Source: Asterias rubens (taxonomy: Eukaryota). Taken from it: DNA of 64,000 nucleotides. Shown one piece after another: positions 62,139 through 64,000 of the stretch. Below the pieces are notes generated by a model. That model saw only the letters and a program-made list of their open reading frames with translations, did not search any database and was not told the origin of the DNA. The stretch lies in the NCBI RefSeq assembly GCF_902459465.1, contig NC_047069.1, positions 21,390,001 to 21,454,000 on the forward strand, given 5' to 3'. The translations under genes and the position numbers were made by a program. The stretch's first letter is position 1, and every line of letters begins with the position of its first letter.

Positions 62139-63699
62139 CTGTAGATGAGAAAGTTCACGTATTAATTTATGCAACAAATATAACTGTTTCTCCATTTTTG
62201 GAAAGCGGACTGGTACTTCGGCACCATTTAGGTCACTTTTCTCAGTCAAACATCCTAAGAATTTCAATTTGATTTTGCCTAAAACACCATAACAAGAGTA
62301 TAATATAAACCGACTCAAACTAGCCCAAACGAGGGCAGGGCTGTCTCTTTATGCAAACGTATAATTTTAGGATTATATTGATGAGTTACAATCTTTTCAC
62401 GGCTTAGCAAGCTGCACATTTCTACAAAACGGGATTCCGATTAAGATAGCGTCTATACATTAAGTGCCTCGGTTCCTAGCAACTCATTGCGAAGGGTGTA
62501 TCAGTCTAGTGTGTATTGTGTCCGAACGATGTACATCGAATCAATCCTCTACACTTTGGGCGCGACCTTAAACCAAATTAAAAAATAACAAGAACCAGAG
62601 TTCGTTAAATGTCACAATGCTTGACAGCAAGGTTGTACAGCAATGAAGAGACAGAAAGTTCCCGGACAATCTAGCTGCGATTCAGGGAGACACTTGACGG
62701 GTTCATAGCAATCGTTACCTATACCTTAGTAACACGGATCGGAGCAACTGCCAAATCAGACGAGCATTTCCCCATGATTAGTCTCATCTTGTTTATCCCC
62801 AGCCCTTTCAAATCAATATCACAGACGGAAATAGGCTGAGGGACCATACCCCTTCCCCCGATGGGAATAGCGTCTTCATCTATGCAGAAAATAATGGTGA
62901 TAACAATCCTAGAGCATGTATAAAGCACAAAAACACGGGGAAAGACAAATATAATGTAAAAACACTTCACAGCAACTTAATTAAGGAAGTAATTAAGCAT
63001 TATTGATGGTTATATAATTTCGGAATTTTATACCTGAAAATTATTTGGTAATGAGAATCTTTATTTCAGGAAACCCAAGAGAAGAAAGAAAACAAAGAAG
63101 ATTTAGGGATGTACGATTTAGAGACTTAGTAGTTTCAAAGAATATCATTTACGATTCACTTTGACAATTAATGTCTTCCCAAGTTATCGCGTGACTGGTT
63201 TTCAACTCCCAAAAGGAAAACAACACTCTTTAAACGGTGGCCATGGCAACGAAACACCTGTTCGCCTCTATTTTTCTGTCCTGTTTTTTTGTGTATTCTC
63301 TTCCCCCACGTTTTGCAAAGAGACCCTCCACCTCGCAGGAAAAAGATCACTCATGACACGACACGTTGCTCATCCTCTCTCATCCTAACGCCTCCGGTTA
63401 AACCTTCGCAGTCTGTTTGGTCCAAGTCAATTCTAGAGGAGTCGACCATACATCATGGACCCACTCAAGCTTATGCAGTAAATTGACGATAGAGTCGACG
63501 GTACACAGGTTGTAAAGGGAGCTGATATACCGCGCTGTATATATTAATATCAGAGATCCAAAGTTTGGATGTTTAATTAGAAGTGTACACGGCGTGTTTA
63601 TGTTTATAAGGACCCAAATGGTTGTGTTCCATTACACTGGTTAGATGGTAATGCTTCATTAATGAAGACTGATTAATAGTACAGCGGATAAGCTCCCAT

Positions 63700-64000
63700 A
63701 CTATGAAGATTGTGCACTTTTGAGAAAAGCATGAAACTTCTAGCATAGTTAGGTTGGACCATAAAGATCAGTTTTAGATGTGGAGGGAAATCAGATTTGA
63801 CCTCTGATGACCTTGAGAGGTCAAAATCCAAAATGGCCGCCAATCTGCCTATTCTTATGTAAAAACACGCTTAAGTTTTGAACCAAATAGTCTAGAAAAA
63901 CCCTTAAGGTGTCCTTTCCAACTAAATTGGGGATGCCAATTCATTTGGTAATACTTGCAAGCTCACCAAAACTTTAGGTTTTGCAGAAAGGTCAAGGTTA
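63700..64000. mobile_element. Probable subterminal region of a DNA transposon, cut by the window edge
   Basis: Clustered TGACCTC/GAGGTCA, AAAGGTCA, AAAATGGCCGCC and GCATGAAACT motifs, typical of TIR-element subterminal repeats. No terminus is visible. Confidence 0.35.

Overview
AT-rich animal genomic DNA with GT-AG introns and one assembly gap (N at 47037-47175). The repeat content and genes suggest a marine invertebrate deuterostome such as a sea star, but that is inference. Two host genes lie on the minus strand. The first is the first two coding exons of a TRPC4/5-like cation channel (7589-7224, 5814-5311; the rest lies left of the window). The second is the last six coding exons of triokinase/FMN cyclase TKFC (DAK2 domain; 62138-49653), which I reconstructed by hand and the ORF track mostly misses. 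The remainder is rich in mobile DNA: a decayed DIRS tyrosine-recombinase retrotransposon, an internally deleted Tc1, a Penelope-like element with a minimal hammerhead ribozyme, a 5'-truncated L2 LINE, tRNA-derived SINEs with L2-like tails, and about 20 TTAA-flanked Kolobok-type non-autonomous elements from several end-sharing families, one carrying a THAP remnant. A 41-bp minisatellite has an older degenerate relative 18 kb away. The best leads are a 25-bp P-element-like footprint whose removal restores the Penelope reading frame, the Penelope hammerhead, the modular Kolobok families, an orphan Cys-rich secreted-type ORF at 46.3-46.8 kb, and a 97%-identical inverted SINE pair bracketing the TKFC terminal exon. 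I found no CRISPR array, rRNA or genuine tRNA gene, and nothing I can firmly call a new biological system.
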